Shown: positions 48,379-59,542 of the stretch, in pieces
How positions within the stretch are numbered: position 1 is the stretch's first letter
Layout of the letters: each line of letters starts with the position of its first letter
Origin: Scenedesmus sp. PABB004
Taxonomy: Eukaryota
NCBI GenBank assembly: GCA_014905635.1
Contig: JABVCE010000025.1
Span: 310,001 to 374,000, forward strand
DNA: 64,000 bases
Reading direction: 5' to 3'
The notes under the pieces: model-generated
What the model saw: only the letters and a program-made list of their open reading frames with translations
Told to the model about the DNA's origin: nothing
The model's database searches: none
Made by a program: the position numbers and the translations under genes

Positions 48379-51300
48379 CGCCGTCGGCGCCCAGGAACTT
48401 GCAGTTGGCCGCGTCGGCCTCGGCCCAGCCCCACGCGCGGCCGTCGCTGTCCGCCATCGCGTTGGTCGCGGTCGCGGCGTGCGCGCAGGCCGGCGCGGTG
48501 GCCCACTTGACCGGCACGTAGCCCTCGTACGCGTAGAAGCCACCGTCGGCCGCGCGGTACGCGCACGAGCGGCCCGCCTCAAACCACCAGAGCCGGCCGA
48601 GCGTGTCCTGCGAACCAGCGGCGCAAGAGGCGGCGGCGGCGGCGGAGGCGTGAGCTGCCCGGGCTGGTGGCGGCGGCACGCGGCCGCAGCGCGGGAAGCA
48701 GCCGGGCTGGCCCCGCCGGGCCCCACGCGCGCCTGCACGGCGGTGCGCTTGGTCGGGGCGCCGACGCAGACGGGCGCCGTCTCCCAGGTGGCGCCAAAGA
48801 AGGGCTGGCTGTCCACCGCGGCGGGCGGCGCGGGCGACGCGGCGGGCGGCGCCGGCGACGCGGCGGGCAGGCCGTCGGTGAAGGCGGGCTCCGCGAGGGC
48901 CGGCGGGGGCTGCTCCGCGGCAGGCGCCTCGGGCGCGGGCGAGTCGGCCGTGGCGGCCGCTGCCGCGGCAGGCGCGTCGGGTGCGTCGGGCGTGGCCGGC
49001 GTGGGCAGGTGGTCGGTGTCGATGTGCCCGACGTCGTAGTCGGCGCCCGCGGGGTGGCCGAGGTCGACGCCGGCCGTGCGCACGGGCTCGGCACCCGCCG
49101 CCGCCGGCGACGCGGGCTGCACCGGCGCGGTGTCGGTCGGCGGCGCCGCGGGCGGCGGCGCGGCGACCGTGCACTTGAGGCTCGACGCGCCGGCGCTGGT
49201 CGTCACGAGCTCGCACTTGACGCCGTTGTCGTAGGTCGTGTTGGCCGCGGTCACCTGCTCGCCGGCCGGCGCCGCCGCCGCGCCCTCGCCGCCGGGCGCG
49301 GGCGGCGCGCTCTGGCTGAGCACGACGGGCGCGGGCTGCGGCGCCGCGGAGCCGCGCAGGCTGCGGCGGTGCGCCGAGGGGCTCGGCTTGGGCGTCGTGA
49401 CGGCGGAGGCCTGCGGCGGGGTCGGGCGCGGCGGGGTCGGGCGCGTGCGGCGCCGGCACGTGCCGCGGCGCCGGCACGTGCCGCGGCGCGGCGCGGCGCG
49501 CGTCGTGCGGGGGCGCAACGCCCCCGCCGCGCGCGCCCCACACGCGCACCTGGGAGCCGGTGGGCGTGAGCACGGCCTCCGCGACCGCGGAGCGGCCGCT
49601 GGCGTCGTGCACCACGGCGATGGCGCGGCCCTCGTCCTTGCCGGCGACGCTCTCGGACTCTGCCTGTGGGGCGCCCTTGGCGGGCGGCTGCACAGGCGCG
49701 GGGCTCGGGCTTGCGCCGCCGCCCTGGCCGGCCTCCTTCTTGGAGCTGTACGCGCCGTGCTCCTGGGCGCCGCCGCCAGACGGGATCTCCGGCGGGCGGT
49801 CCTCGGCGGCGTCGGCGACGTCCGCGTCTTCGGCGGGCTTGGGCGAGGGGCTCGGCGAGGAGGCGCTCGGCGAGGAGGGGCTCGGCGAGGAGGGGCTCGG
49901 CGAGGGGCTGGCGGCCTTGTCGTCGCCGGCGTAGTCGTCGGCCTGCGGGGCGCCGGCCTGCGCGCGCGGCGCAGCATGAGCGCGCGGCGGCGCGCCGCGC
50001 CGCGCCGCGAGGGGCGGCAGCGCGGCCGCGCGACAGCGCGCGCCCTGTCGCACCGGCGAGGCGGCAGGCGTGGCATTGTGCTCGCTGTGGTTGCCGCCGT
50101 CGGGGTTGGCGCCGTCGTCGGTGCTGCGGTTGTCGGGGGCGCCGAGGAAGTGGCTCAGCCACGAGGGCGGCGCACCGGGGCCGTGCACGTTCTGCTCGTG
50201 GTCGGCGGCGGCAAAGCGCGGCAGGGCGCCCAGCCAGCCGCCGAGGAAGAGCAGCTTGCGGGACCGGCCCTGCGGCGGCGGCGGCGGCGGGAAGGGGGAA
50301 GGGGGCTCGGCGCGCGCGCGGCCGCGGGCCCAGGGGCGGGCGCAGCGGCCCGTGCGCGTGCGGGGGCGGCGGGGCGCAGGCGGGCTGCGCACCTTGGGCA
50401 TGGCGCAGCTCACGCCCTTCGCCGCGTCCCAGCCCCACAGGTGGCCGTCGGCGTCGGCCACGGCGCGCTCGGCGGCGACGGAGCCGGGGCAGGCGGGCGC
50501 GTTGTCCCAGGAGGGCGTGGCGGCAGGCGCCTGCGCGCGCGCGCCGCAGCGCGGCGGCGCCCAGGCGTGAGCGCCACGGTTGCGCGCGCGCGCGAGCGCC
50601 CATCCTGCAAGCCGGGCGCTGTCATGGCGCGCGCGCGCGCGCCCGTCCTGCAAGCTTGGCGCAGCCGCAGGGCCGCCCGCGCACCTTGAACGCGCAGCTG
50701 GCGCCGCGCGCCGAGTCCCAGCCCCAGAGGCGGCCGGCGGCGTCGACGACGGCGTTGTCCTTGGTGGGCGCGTAGGCGCACGCTGGCGCCGCCGCCCAGC
50801 TGGTGGTGTTGGCGTTGGGGGCCTGGCGACGGGCGGCAGGGCGGGGCGGCGTCGGCAGGCGCCAGCCCAGCGCGCACGCAGTGCTCCCCGCCGCGCCCAG
50901 CGCCGTGCCTTGAATGCACAGCTCGTGTTGCGACCCGAGTCCCAGCCCCAGAGCCGCCCCGCGGCGTCGCGCTGCGTGTTGTTGGCGGTGGGGAAGTAGG
51001 CGCACGGCGGCGCGGCGTCCCACGCGGCGTCCTGCGACGCCGCCGCCGTGGCGGCGCCCGCGTCGCCGGCGCGCACGATCAGGGTCTTGGTGCCGCCCGA
51101 CGCCGACTGCGCGGCGGTCGCGTTGCGGCCGCCCGAGGCGATGGCGGTGGTGTCCACGGTCGCGCCGCCAGCGGCGTTGGAGGTCGCGGACGCGGCGCCG
51201 CCGGCGCTCTGCGCCGCTGCACGCGACGTCGTCTGCAGCAGCGAGCGCCCTGCGCCGGGATGGAAAGAGAGGTGCGGCGCTGCCGGCGTGAGTGCATGCG

Positions 51301-51464
51301 CACCGCGGCAGGAGGGGCGCGCGCGCATGAACTTGCAGGGCCGCAGGCGCGCGCGTGCTGCGCGCCAGCCGGGCGCAGCGCTCACCGTGCGGCGCGCGGG
51401 CGTCGGTGGCGGCGGCGGCCGCGAGCAGCGCGGCGGCCAGCAGCAGGGGACAGGGGCGGGCCAT
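48347..51464 (-). CDS. Secreted Trp/Cys-module protein C: 5 modules with Ser/Pro/Ala-rich linkers
   Basis: Signal peptide and modules GRLWGWDSGRNTSCAFK, GRLWGWDSARGASCAFK, GHLWGWDAAKGVSCAMPK, GRLWWFEAGRSCAYR and GRAWGWAEADAANCKF. SPSPSSPSPSS linker; about 8 exons; TGA at 48347-48349. Confidence 0.8.
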
Positions 51465-51559
51465 CGTGACGGCGCTCGCAGCGCCGCGCGGCCGACGGCG
51501 GAGGTGGAGGTGGCGGCGACGCGCTGGAGGCGGAGGCGGGGGCCTGGGCGGGCTTGGGC
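50795..51559. repeat. Direct repeat copy 2 (partner 46602-47366)
   Basis: Near-identical to 46602-47366 across exons, introns and 5' UTR. Confidence 0.95.
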
Positions 51560-51964
51560 GCAGGGGTCGGCTCGGGCAGGGGCTCGGACGTCCGCCTGCG
51601 CGGGCGCGGGGGCGCGCGACGCAGCGTGAGGCGAGCGCGGCGGCGCGCTAGCAGCGGCGCGGCGCGGAGCGCAGCCGGCACGGGCGCCTGCAGCGGCCCC
51701 CGCGGCGCCCAGGGCGCGGCAAACAGTGCGAGCCGCGTGGGCCGCTCACCTGGGCGAGGCAGGCCGCGCGCGCGCGCGATCAGCGGCGGGCGCGGCGGGC
51801 GGCGGGGGGCCGGCTGGAGGGCCCGGGGTGCGGGGGAGGAAAGGGAGTGGGCGAAGTGGTCGTGGAGGCGGTGGGAGGGGGATTTATGGGCTGGGCGCGC
51901 GCGCGTTTGAACGCTGTGCGGCGGTTCAGCAAAAATGACAACCGTTAGACCGCGGTCAACAAGG

Positions 51965-52011
51965 TCACGCCGCGCTGACCCGTGCTCGACCCGGCCTGCC
52001 CACGCACGGCA

Positions 52012-52044
<33 letters not shown>

Positions 52045-52999
52045 CCGGGGCAGCGGGCGCGCCGGGCGGGGCCTGCACCGCCTGCACCGCCACCAGCAGC
52101 GCCTCGTCGCCGCCGCCCTCACTGGCGAGGCAGGCGGCGGGCGCGCGAGCGTGCGGCTCCGCCTGCGACGCGCCGTGCGCCGCCGAGGCGCGCCGGAACA
52201 GGGGGTTGGCGTGGGCGCCGTGCGCCGAGCCCGCCAGCTCAGGCAGCGCGCGCGCGGCGCTCGCCAGCGCTGCGCCGGCCCCATCCGCCGAGGCGCTCCG
52301 CTCAAGCGCCGCGCCCGGCGCGCCGGACGCGCTGGACGGCCGCGCGGCCGCGGCGCGCGACGCGCGCGCCTCGCCGGCCGCGGGCGGCGTCGCGGCCGCG
52401 ATCGGCGGGGCGCCGGGGGCGTCGCCGGCCCCGTCGCTGGCGCCGGCCTCGCCGCCGGGGCCGGCCGCCGCCGCCGCAAAGTGCTGAGCCAGCTGCGCCA
52501 CGTTGCCGGTGCGGCGCCGGAAGGGCGCCAAGGCTCCGCGGTGGGAGACGATCTGCGGGGCGCCGCCGTCCGCGCAGCCTTGCAGGAAGCCGCTGACCAG
52601 CTCGCGCACGTGCGCGCCGCCCGCGGGGCAGTCGTGCGGGGCGTGCGGTTGCGGGGCCGCGCCGCTGCCAGGGCCTTGCAGCCGCGCCACGAGCTCGCCC
52701 GCCAGCGCGGCGACGCGGCCCGGCCGCGGCGCGCCCGCGCGTTGGTCCGCGCGCGCGGCGCCGGCGCGCGGCGTGGCGGGGCCGCTGCCCGCCGTCAGCA
52801 GCGCGGCCGCCAGCTCCCGCACCACGTGGTGGTGGCCGTGCGGGCCCGGCGCAAAGGGCGAGTCGGCGGCCGCCGCGCACCCGCCGCCGCCGCGCGGGCT
52901 GGCGGCCCGCCGCGCGGCGGCCTTGTGGCTGCCGGCCAGCGCCGCGACGTGGCTGCTCGTCTGGACGGGCGAGCCAGGTTTGGGCTGCGCCTGGACCAT
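51965..52999 (-). CDS. Intronless low-complexity hypothetical protein with repeated HV(R/A)xL short motifs and a poly-Pro tail
   Basis: ORF from MVQAQPKPGSPV with motifs HVAALAG, HVVRELAAAL, HVRELVSGF and NVAQLAQHF. Confidence 0.45.
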
Positions 53000-53358
53000 G
53001 GCTGGCGGCGCGCAGGGGCGCAGGGGCGGTTCGGCGGCGCGTGAGCAGCGACGCGCAGCGCGAGAGGCCGCCCGCTCGCGGCCGCTCACCCAGCGGCTGC
53101 GGGCGCGCCTGAGTTAAATGAGAGCTCACCTGGCGCGGCCGGACGGCTGCAGGGCGCCCTCTGGCGGGGCTGCTGCGCGCAGACAAGGCGCGCGCACTGC
53201 TGCGCGCGCTGCCGGCGAGGTTGCTGCGGCCCAGAGGCGACGAAACGGCAAAGTTGGCGCGCGCTTTCACGGAGGAATTACAGTGCTCAGACGCCACCGC
53301 ACGCAGCGGACTGGGTGGGCGCGACGACGGCGCGCCCGGCTACAGCCGGCCGCAGCGC

Positions 53359-54182
53359 TCAAAACGCCGCCGCCGCAGCCGTCGCTGCCGCGTGCCGCTT
53401 GGTCGGCGACCCTGCCGCCCCGCAGCTGCCCGCGCCGCCGCCAGCGAGGCCGCCGCCGCCGCCGCCGCCGCCCGGCTGGTGCGCGGCGATCCACGCGCGC
53501 AGCGCCGCCGCCTGCGGCTTGTTGAGGCGCACGCGCGGCCGCGCCGTGCGCATGAGCGCAACCGCCTCTTCGGCGCTGCCGGCGCGCCCCGTCGCGATGA
53601 GCAGCGCGGCCATGACCGTCGCGCTGCGGCCGTGCCCGTGCGCGCAGTGGACGTACACGGGCCGGCCGTCGCCGAGCTCGCGCACCGCCCACTCGACGCC
53701 CTGCTGGATCTGCGCCGCGCTCGGCGCCTGCGTGTCCCACGTCGGCAGGCAGAGGTAGTGGTTGGTGTGCCGGCGCGGCAGCTCGCACGTCACGTCCACG
53801 ACCGACACCTTCGGCCCCGGCGGCAGCCAGTCCGCCTGCTCCGGCCAGCCGCCGATGTAGCTGCGCGCCCGCGCGCGGCGGGGCGGCAGGCGCGCAGGCG
53901 CGCTCGGCGGGGGCGGCGGGGCGTGGCGGGGGGCGGCGGGGCGTCCGGCGCGCGCGCGGATCCGGCCCGCGCGCCGCTGCCGCCGCAGCGCGCGCGGCGG
54001 CCGCAGCACGCGCGCGCTGCCCGCCCGCCGCTCACAGCTCCTTGGTGACCTGGTTGAGCAGCGGCTCGCTGCTCTTGCGGCGCTGGATGTAGAGCTTGGC
54101 GAAGAGCCCGGCGTGGTACGGCCAGAGCAGCACGCGGCTCCACGGCGCGACGCTGCCGTCGGCGCGCTTGCCCAGCAGCGCT

Positions 54183-54228
<46 letters not shown>

Positions 54229-54535
54229 AGCATTAATGCATCAACGGAGCGCGTGCCGCCGCTGCTGCTCCCGCGGGTGCCGCCGCTGCTGCTCCACTCG
54301 TGCCGCCGCTGCTGCTCCCGCGGGTGCCGCCGCTGCTCTCCCGCGGGTGCCGCCGCTGCTCACGCGTGGTGTAGGGGCTGGCGGCGTCGCTGGCCGCCAG
54401 GGCCACGCAAAAGCCGACTCCCGCAACGTGTGCCAGCCCCGCGGTGGCGGCGAGCGGCAGCCGACTGCGCAGGACGACAGCGAGCGTCGCCGGGACGAGC
54501 GACACCGCGCCCACGATGTACGTCAGCCCGCCCAT
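53359..54535 (-). CDS. Membrane-anchored dual-specificity phosphatase (YnbD-like)
   Basis: N-terminal TM helices, LLGKRADGSVAPWSRVLLWPY, YIGGWP, VVDVTCELPR, YLCLPTWD and the catalytic VYVHCAHGHGRS (HCx5R). Confidence 0.9.
54253..54362. repeat. Intronic minisatellite (~24-bp unit GTGCCGCCGCTGCTGCTCCCGCGG, about 4.5 copies) next to a (GGC)n tract at 54184-54228
   Basis: Visible tandem units inside the phosphatase intron 54181-54363. Confidence 0.85.
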
Positions 54536-55142
54536 CGCTCAAGCGCTGCCAGGGCCGCCGGGGCGCACGGGAGCCGCTGATGGAGGAGATGCAGGCGCTG
54601 CGCCTCCTCTCCTCTCCTGGCGCCCGGGGACGGCGCGCCGAGCAGCGCCGCTGTCTGCTGTCGGGCGGCGTGCCGGTGGCGCGCGGGAGCGCGACGGCAG
54701 CTGCCTGGGGCGGTCAGGGCGACTGGAGCGAGGTGCGGCGCGCCAATGGGTGCCGCGCGCGGCGGGGCGTCGCATGGCGCCGGGGCTCTGTGAGCCCTGG
54801 TCGGAGGCGGTGCAGGGTGCGGGCGCCCAGGCCACGCGGCGACGGTTGCCCGTCCAGCCCCTCCCGCCGCAGCGTTTCTCAGCTGCGGCGCGGCTTATTG
54901 GGCGCCCCGCACGCCCTTGCGGGCCACGCGGACCAGCGCGGCGCGGCGGCACGCGCGGCGAGAATTGCGCCGTGACGGCAGAGCAGTGCATCACGCAGAC
55001 CCGGGCCCAGAAAGGCCATCTAAGAGTGCCAGGCAGGAGTTCGACCGATCCCCCCCCCCCCCTGCGCGCACCAGCGCAGGCGTCGCGAGGTGCGCACACG
55101 GGCGCGCGCGGGTGCGCACACGCGACGCGTTATTGGCATGGC

Positions 55143-58097
55143 TCACGCGGCGCCGAGCTTGGCGCGCAGAACGCCGGACATCAGGGCCATCGCCCGCACG
55201 GCAGCGCCGGCGTCGGCGATCGCCGCCGGCGCCGACTCGCGCACCACGACCGCGGCGGCGGTGGCTGCGGCCGCGGCGGCCGCCGGCGCGGGCGCCGCCG
55301 CTACGGGCGGCGCCGCGGCGGCGGGCGCGGGCCCGCCCGCGGAGGGCGCGGGCACCGCGCCGGCGGCCGCCGGCGCCGGGTCGGCGGCGCGGGCCGCGCG
55401 CGGCGGTGGTGGCGGCGCCAAAGTATTCTGGGTAGTACACCGGCTGCCCGCGGGCGTCCTTGAAGGCACAGCTCGCGCCCCCGGCGCCCAGCCCCACAGG
55501 CGGCCGTCGCCGTCGCCCATGCTGCTGTCCGGCCCCGGCGCGCCCGCGCACGCGGGCGCGGCGTCCCACGCCGCCAGCGCAAAGCCGGCGTCCGCGAGCG
55601 GCGTGCCGTCGGCGGCCTTGAAGGCACAGCTCGCGTTGCCCTCAAAGCCCCAGAGACGGTGCATGGTGTCCTGCGCGGCGGCCGGGCGGCCAGCGGCGGC
55701 GGCGGCCGCCGCGCGTCAGCCGAGGGGAGGACGGCCAAAGCTGGCAGGCGCGCCCCTGCACCCGCGGCTGCAAGTGGCGCCGCTGAGCCCACCTGCACGG
55801 AGTTGGCCTCGCTGGGCGCGGCGGCGCACGGCAGCGCGGTGGCCCAGCTGGGCGCGAGCGCGTTGAGCGCGGGCGGCGCGGCGGAGCCCTCGGGCGTCAG
55901 CGGCGGCGCGGCCGGCTCGAGGGGCTTCAGCGTCGCGTTGGCGGGCGCGGTCGTGTTGACGGGGGCGGTCGCGTTGGCGGGGTCGGTTGCGTTGCCCAGC
56001 GGCTGCAGGGCAGTGACGTTGGTGGGGGCAGTCGCGTTGGCGGGCGGCTGCAGGGCGGTGGCGTTGGAGGGCGCGGTCGCGTTGCCAGGGGGCTGCAGGG
56101 TGCTGGCGCCGATGCCGCCTGCGAGCAGACGCAGCCGTGCACGCGTGAGCGCGGGGGTGGTGCGAGCCGCGCCGGCTGCGCCCGAGCAGGGTCTGCCAGC
56201 CAGCCCAGCAGCTGCGCACCGGTTGCCAGCGCGGACGAGGTGGCGGAGGCCAGGGCGGCGGCGGAGGAGTTGGCGCTGGCGGTGGCGTTGGAGGCCGCAG
56301 CAGCCGAGGCGCCGGCTGTGGCGGCGGCCTGCGACAGCGCCGTGGCGCGCCCGCCCGTGGAGGTGGCGAGCGCGCCAGCAGACGCCGCTGCCGCCGCGCC
56401 GCTGAGCGGGTCGGCGCCCTGCAGCAGCTTCCTGGGCAGGGCTTCCAGGGCTGCCTGCTGTGGGCTGGCCGCCGGCGCGGCACCTGGCTGATCCTGCGCC
56501 GGTAGCTGCGCGGCGGGCGTGAGCGTGCTGCTGAGCTGGCGCGCCTGGGGCACGGGCATCAGCTGCGCGCGGGTGGGCGGGCGGCGCGGCGAGGTCGGGG
56601 CGGTCGCTGCCAGCCCCAGGTGCGGTGCTCGCCTGCGCCGCAGGCGGCCGCACCGGGTCAAAGCTGTGCCCCGGCGCGGCGGCCTGGGCGGCCAGCGCGG
56701 CGAGGGCGGCCAGTGCGTCGGCGGCGCCGCCGCCGCGCAGGCCGGGCGCCGCCTCGGCCATGCGCATGAGCTGCTCCATGGAGCCCAGCCGGATGGCCCG
56801 GCCACCCTGCGAGCGGTGCGGGCGCCCGCGCCGGTCAGGCGCCTGCCTGCTCACTCGAAAACCGGCGCGCCCCCGCCGCCCGCGGTGTGTGTGTGTGTGC
56901 CCCGGCCCGCACGCCGGCCGGCGGCGCTCACCGTGCCCCTGGTGCCGGGCAGCGTGGGGCCGCCGGGGCCGTACTCCAGGCTGCGCTCGGGGATGGCGCT
57001 GAGGGGGACGGGCTTGTGGATGACGGCGTGGCTCTCGGAGATCGTAAACGAGGGCTGCGGGGTCTCCGGCAGCAGCGGCGACACCACGAGCGTCCCGCGC
57101 TGCAGGGCAGCGCGGCACGGCCGCGCGCGGCGTCAGGCGCGGCGGGGCCGGGCGGCGCCGGCGCATGCGCGCGGCGGCGGCCGGCGGCCCGTGCGGCGCC
57201 GCACGCCCGCGCACCGACGCGTGCTGCGGCGGCGCGATGCCGCCCGGGCCGCCGTCAGTCCAGTCGAGGGGGCGCGTGGCGGCGACGTCGTCTGACCAGT
57301 CCGGCACCGTGGGCGTCTTGGTCGCGAGCGGGGCCGCGTCCTGCGAGCAGGCGGCTCGCGCGGGTTGAGCTCGCGCGGTGCCCTGCCAGACGCGCGGCGC
57401 GCCGTGCGCGGCCGAGGCGTGCCTTGGGCGCCGCCGCGTCGCGGGTGGCGCCGTCCTGCGCCAGGCGGCGGCCGGCGGGCGCGCCCGGCGGCGCGTCGGG
57501 TGCCAGCGGCGCGAAGCGGGCGTTGCTGTTGTCGGGCAGCTCGCTGGCGTCAAAGGTCTCGTTGAAGCGCGCGGCGACCTCGTCCTGGGTGTAGTAGGGC
57601 TGGGCACGCTTCTGCGGCGGCGCGCGGCGGGGGAGCGCGTGAGCATGCGGCGCGAGGCTGGCGCCCACGCACGGCGCGCGGGCGGCGCGCGCACGTGGCC
57701 GATCGCGCCCACGCCGGTCACGACGGGCGGCGCCTGCAGGGACGAGTTCTGCGCGTGGGGGAGCGGCGGCCGGCGCGAGCTCAGACCCGTCACGGCGCGC
57801 AGCGGCGGGCCCGCGCCCGGCCGCCCGCCGCACCTTGCCCTGGGTGCCCCACGTCGGCGGCGGCGCCGCGGGCGCGGCGCCGGGGGCGCTGCCCGCGCCG
57901 ACCGCGGCGCCGTCGTCCGCGACGCCCGCCGCGGCGGCGCGCGGGCCCTCGTACGCGCCGTCGCCCTGCGCCGCGGCGCCGTTGATCGCCGCGGCGGGCG
58001 GCGGCGGCAGCGTGACGTTGCAGGTGCGGTTGTAGCCGTCGTAGGTCAGCGGCTCTGCGGTGGTCTCGTTCTTGAACGCGCAGTTCCTGCAAGCCCG

Positions 58098-58130
<33 letters not shown>

Positions 58131-59133
58131 ACGCGCGTGTGGGCGGTGTGGCGACGGCGCTTGCAGGACAGGCGCGCGCGCGCGCGGAGCTTGCACGGCA
58201 GGGGCGCCGCCGCCCCGCGAGGCGCGCGCGCGCGCGCGCGCGCGCGTGCGCACCTGTCGAGCTGCCACCCCCACAGGCAGCCCTGGGCGTCGGGGCGCGC
58301 GTTGTCGGGCGTCGGCCGCGCGTCGAGGCTGCACGCCGGCGCGTCGGCCCAGCCGAGCCGCACGTACGCGCGGTCGATGGGGATGGGCTGCTGCTGGTCG
58401 TCCTTGAAGGCGCAGAGGCGCTGGCCCTCCCAGCCCCAGACCTTGTAGCGCGAGTCGGCGACCGCCGAGTCGGGGAAGGGCGCGCTCGCGCACGGCGGCG
58501 TGGCAAGCCAGTCGCCGGGGAAGTACTCGACATACAGCAGCACCTGCGCGGCGCGGGCGCGCCGTGGGCGGCCGCGCTCGGCGCGCGGCGCGGAGGCGTC
58601 GCGCACAAGGCGCCGCGCGGCGCACGCCGTGGGGCCGGCAGGCGGCGGCGGCGGCCGGCGGCGGCGCGCGCACGTGGTCGCCGGCGTCCTTAAACGCGCA
58701 GGACCTGCCGCCGCGCCAGCCCCACAGCCGGCCCTCGCTGTCGGCGACCGACGTCGCGTTGGTCGGCAGCGCCAGGCAGGGCGGCGCGGCGGCAAAGCTG
58801 GGCGGCGCGGGCGCCGCGGCGGGCACGGCGGCGGGCGCCTTCACGGGCGTCGCGGCGGGCGGCGCCGGCGCGGGGGACTGGAGCAGGCGGCGGCCGGCCG
58901 CGCCGGACAGAGCCTCGGCGACGCCCTGCACGCGCGCGCAGCGCGGCGGGTGAGCAGCGGCCCCGCCCCCAGCGCGCGCCGCCCGGCGCGCCGCCGCCGC
59001 CGGCGCTCCGGGACCTCACCGTATCAGGCGCGCCGCGCGGCGGGCGCGCAGCGGCCAGGCCGGCGGCGGCGAGCAGGAGCAGCTCGGCCGCCGCGCGCGC
59101 GCAGGCGGCGCCCCGGCGGCTGGGGCGCGCCAT
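55143..59133 (-). CDS. Secreted Trp/Cys-module protein D: 5 modules, N-glycosylation-rich NATA repeats, many exons
   Basis: Signal-like MARPSRRGAACARAAAELLLLAAAGLAAA. Modules GRLWGWRGGRSCAFKD, YKVWGWEGQRLCAFKD, GCLWGWQLDR-NCAFK, HRLWGFEGNASCAFK and GRLWGWAPG[shift]SCAFKD. Exons chain through AG|GT/GC junctions; the repeat region reads NATAPSNATALQPPANATAPTNVT. Confidence 0.7.
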
Positions 59134-59542
59134 CCTGTGCGACGCAGCGGCACGGGTAGGGGGCGTGGGCGGCGCCGCGGGCGGAGGGGGGCCGCGGCTG
59201 CTCCGGGGCGGCGCCGGCGGCGGCTGCAGCGCCGTGCGCGCCCCTCGCGCAGCCGCAGCCCGCGCAAGCCCGCGTACCTGCTCGCGGGAGACGCGAGGTG
59301 TCGCTGACACGCGGAGCGGGCAGCCCGGAGCGCAGCGCGGGCCCGCGCGGGGGTGCGGCGCGCGCAAGCGGCGCCGGCGGTCGAGCGCGCCGCGAGAGCG
59401 GCGGCGGTGGTCACGGGCAATTTCAGACGAGCGAGAGGTGCGCGGGCGCCAAACTCGGGACCCCTCTTTGTTCGCAGGCGCGTGCGCGTCGTTTGAAAAC
59501 TGACGGCGCGGCGCGCGCGCAAAACCGCACTCGCACAACCGC

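Noticed and set aside
54230..54239. AT-rich palindrome GCATTAATGC in the phosphatase intron
   Set aside because: A single 10-bp palindrome; it could be chance or branch-point sequence, and nothing else supports a function.
54253..54362. Minisatellites here and at about 9700-9800, 19240-19295, 62690-62790 and 63364-63480 as a CRISPR-like array
   Set aside because: The units are head-to-tail with no unique spacers, lie in introns or UTRs of a eukaryote, and no cas genes are present.
55143..56805. Treating 55143-56805 as a separate gene from 56851-59133
   Set aside because: It has no signal peptide or convincing start of its own, and the exons chain through plausible splice sites, so it is modelled as the single gene D. 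This needs cDNA confirmation.
43603..59133. Recent horizontal transfer of the CBM10-like genes from bacteria or fungi
   Set aside because: The genes have host-like GC, codon usage and many host-type introns. Any transfer would be ancient and cannot be judged without a phylogeny.
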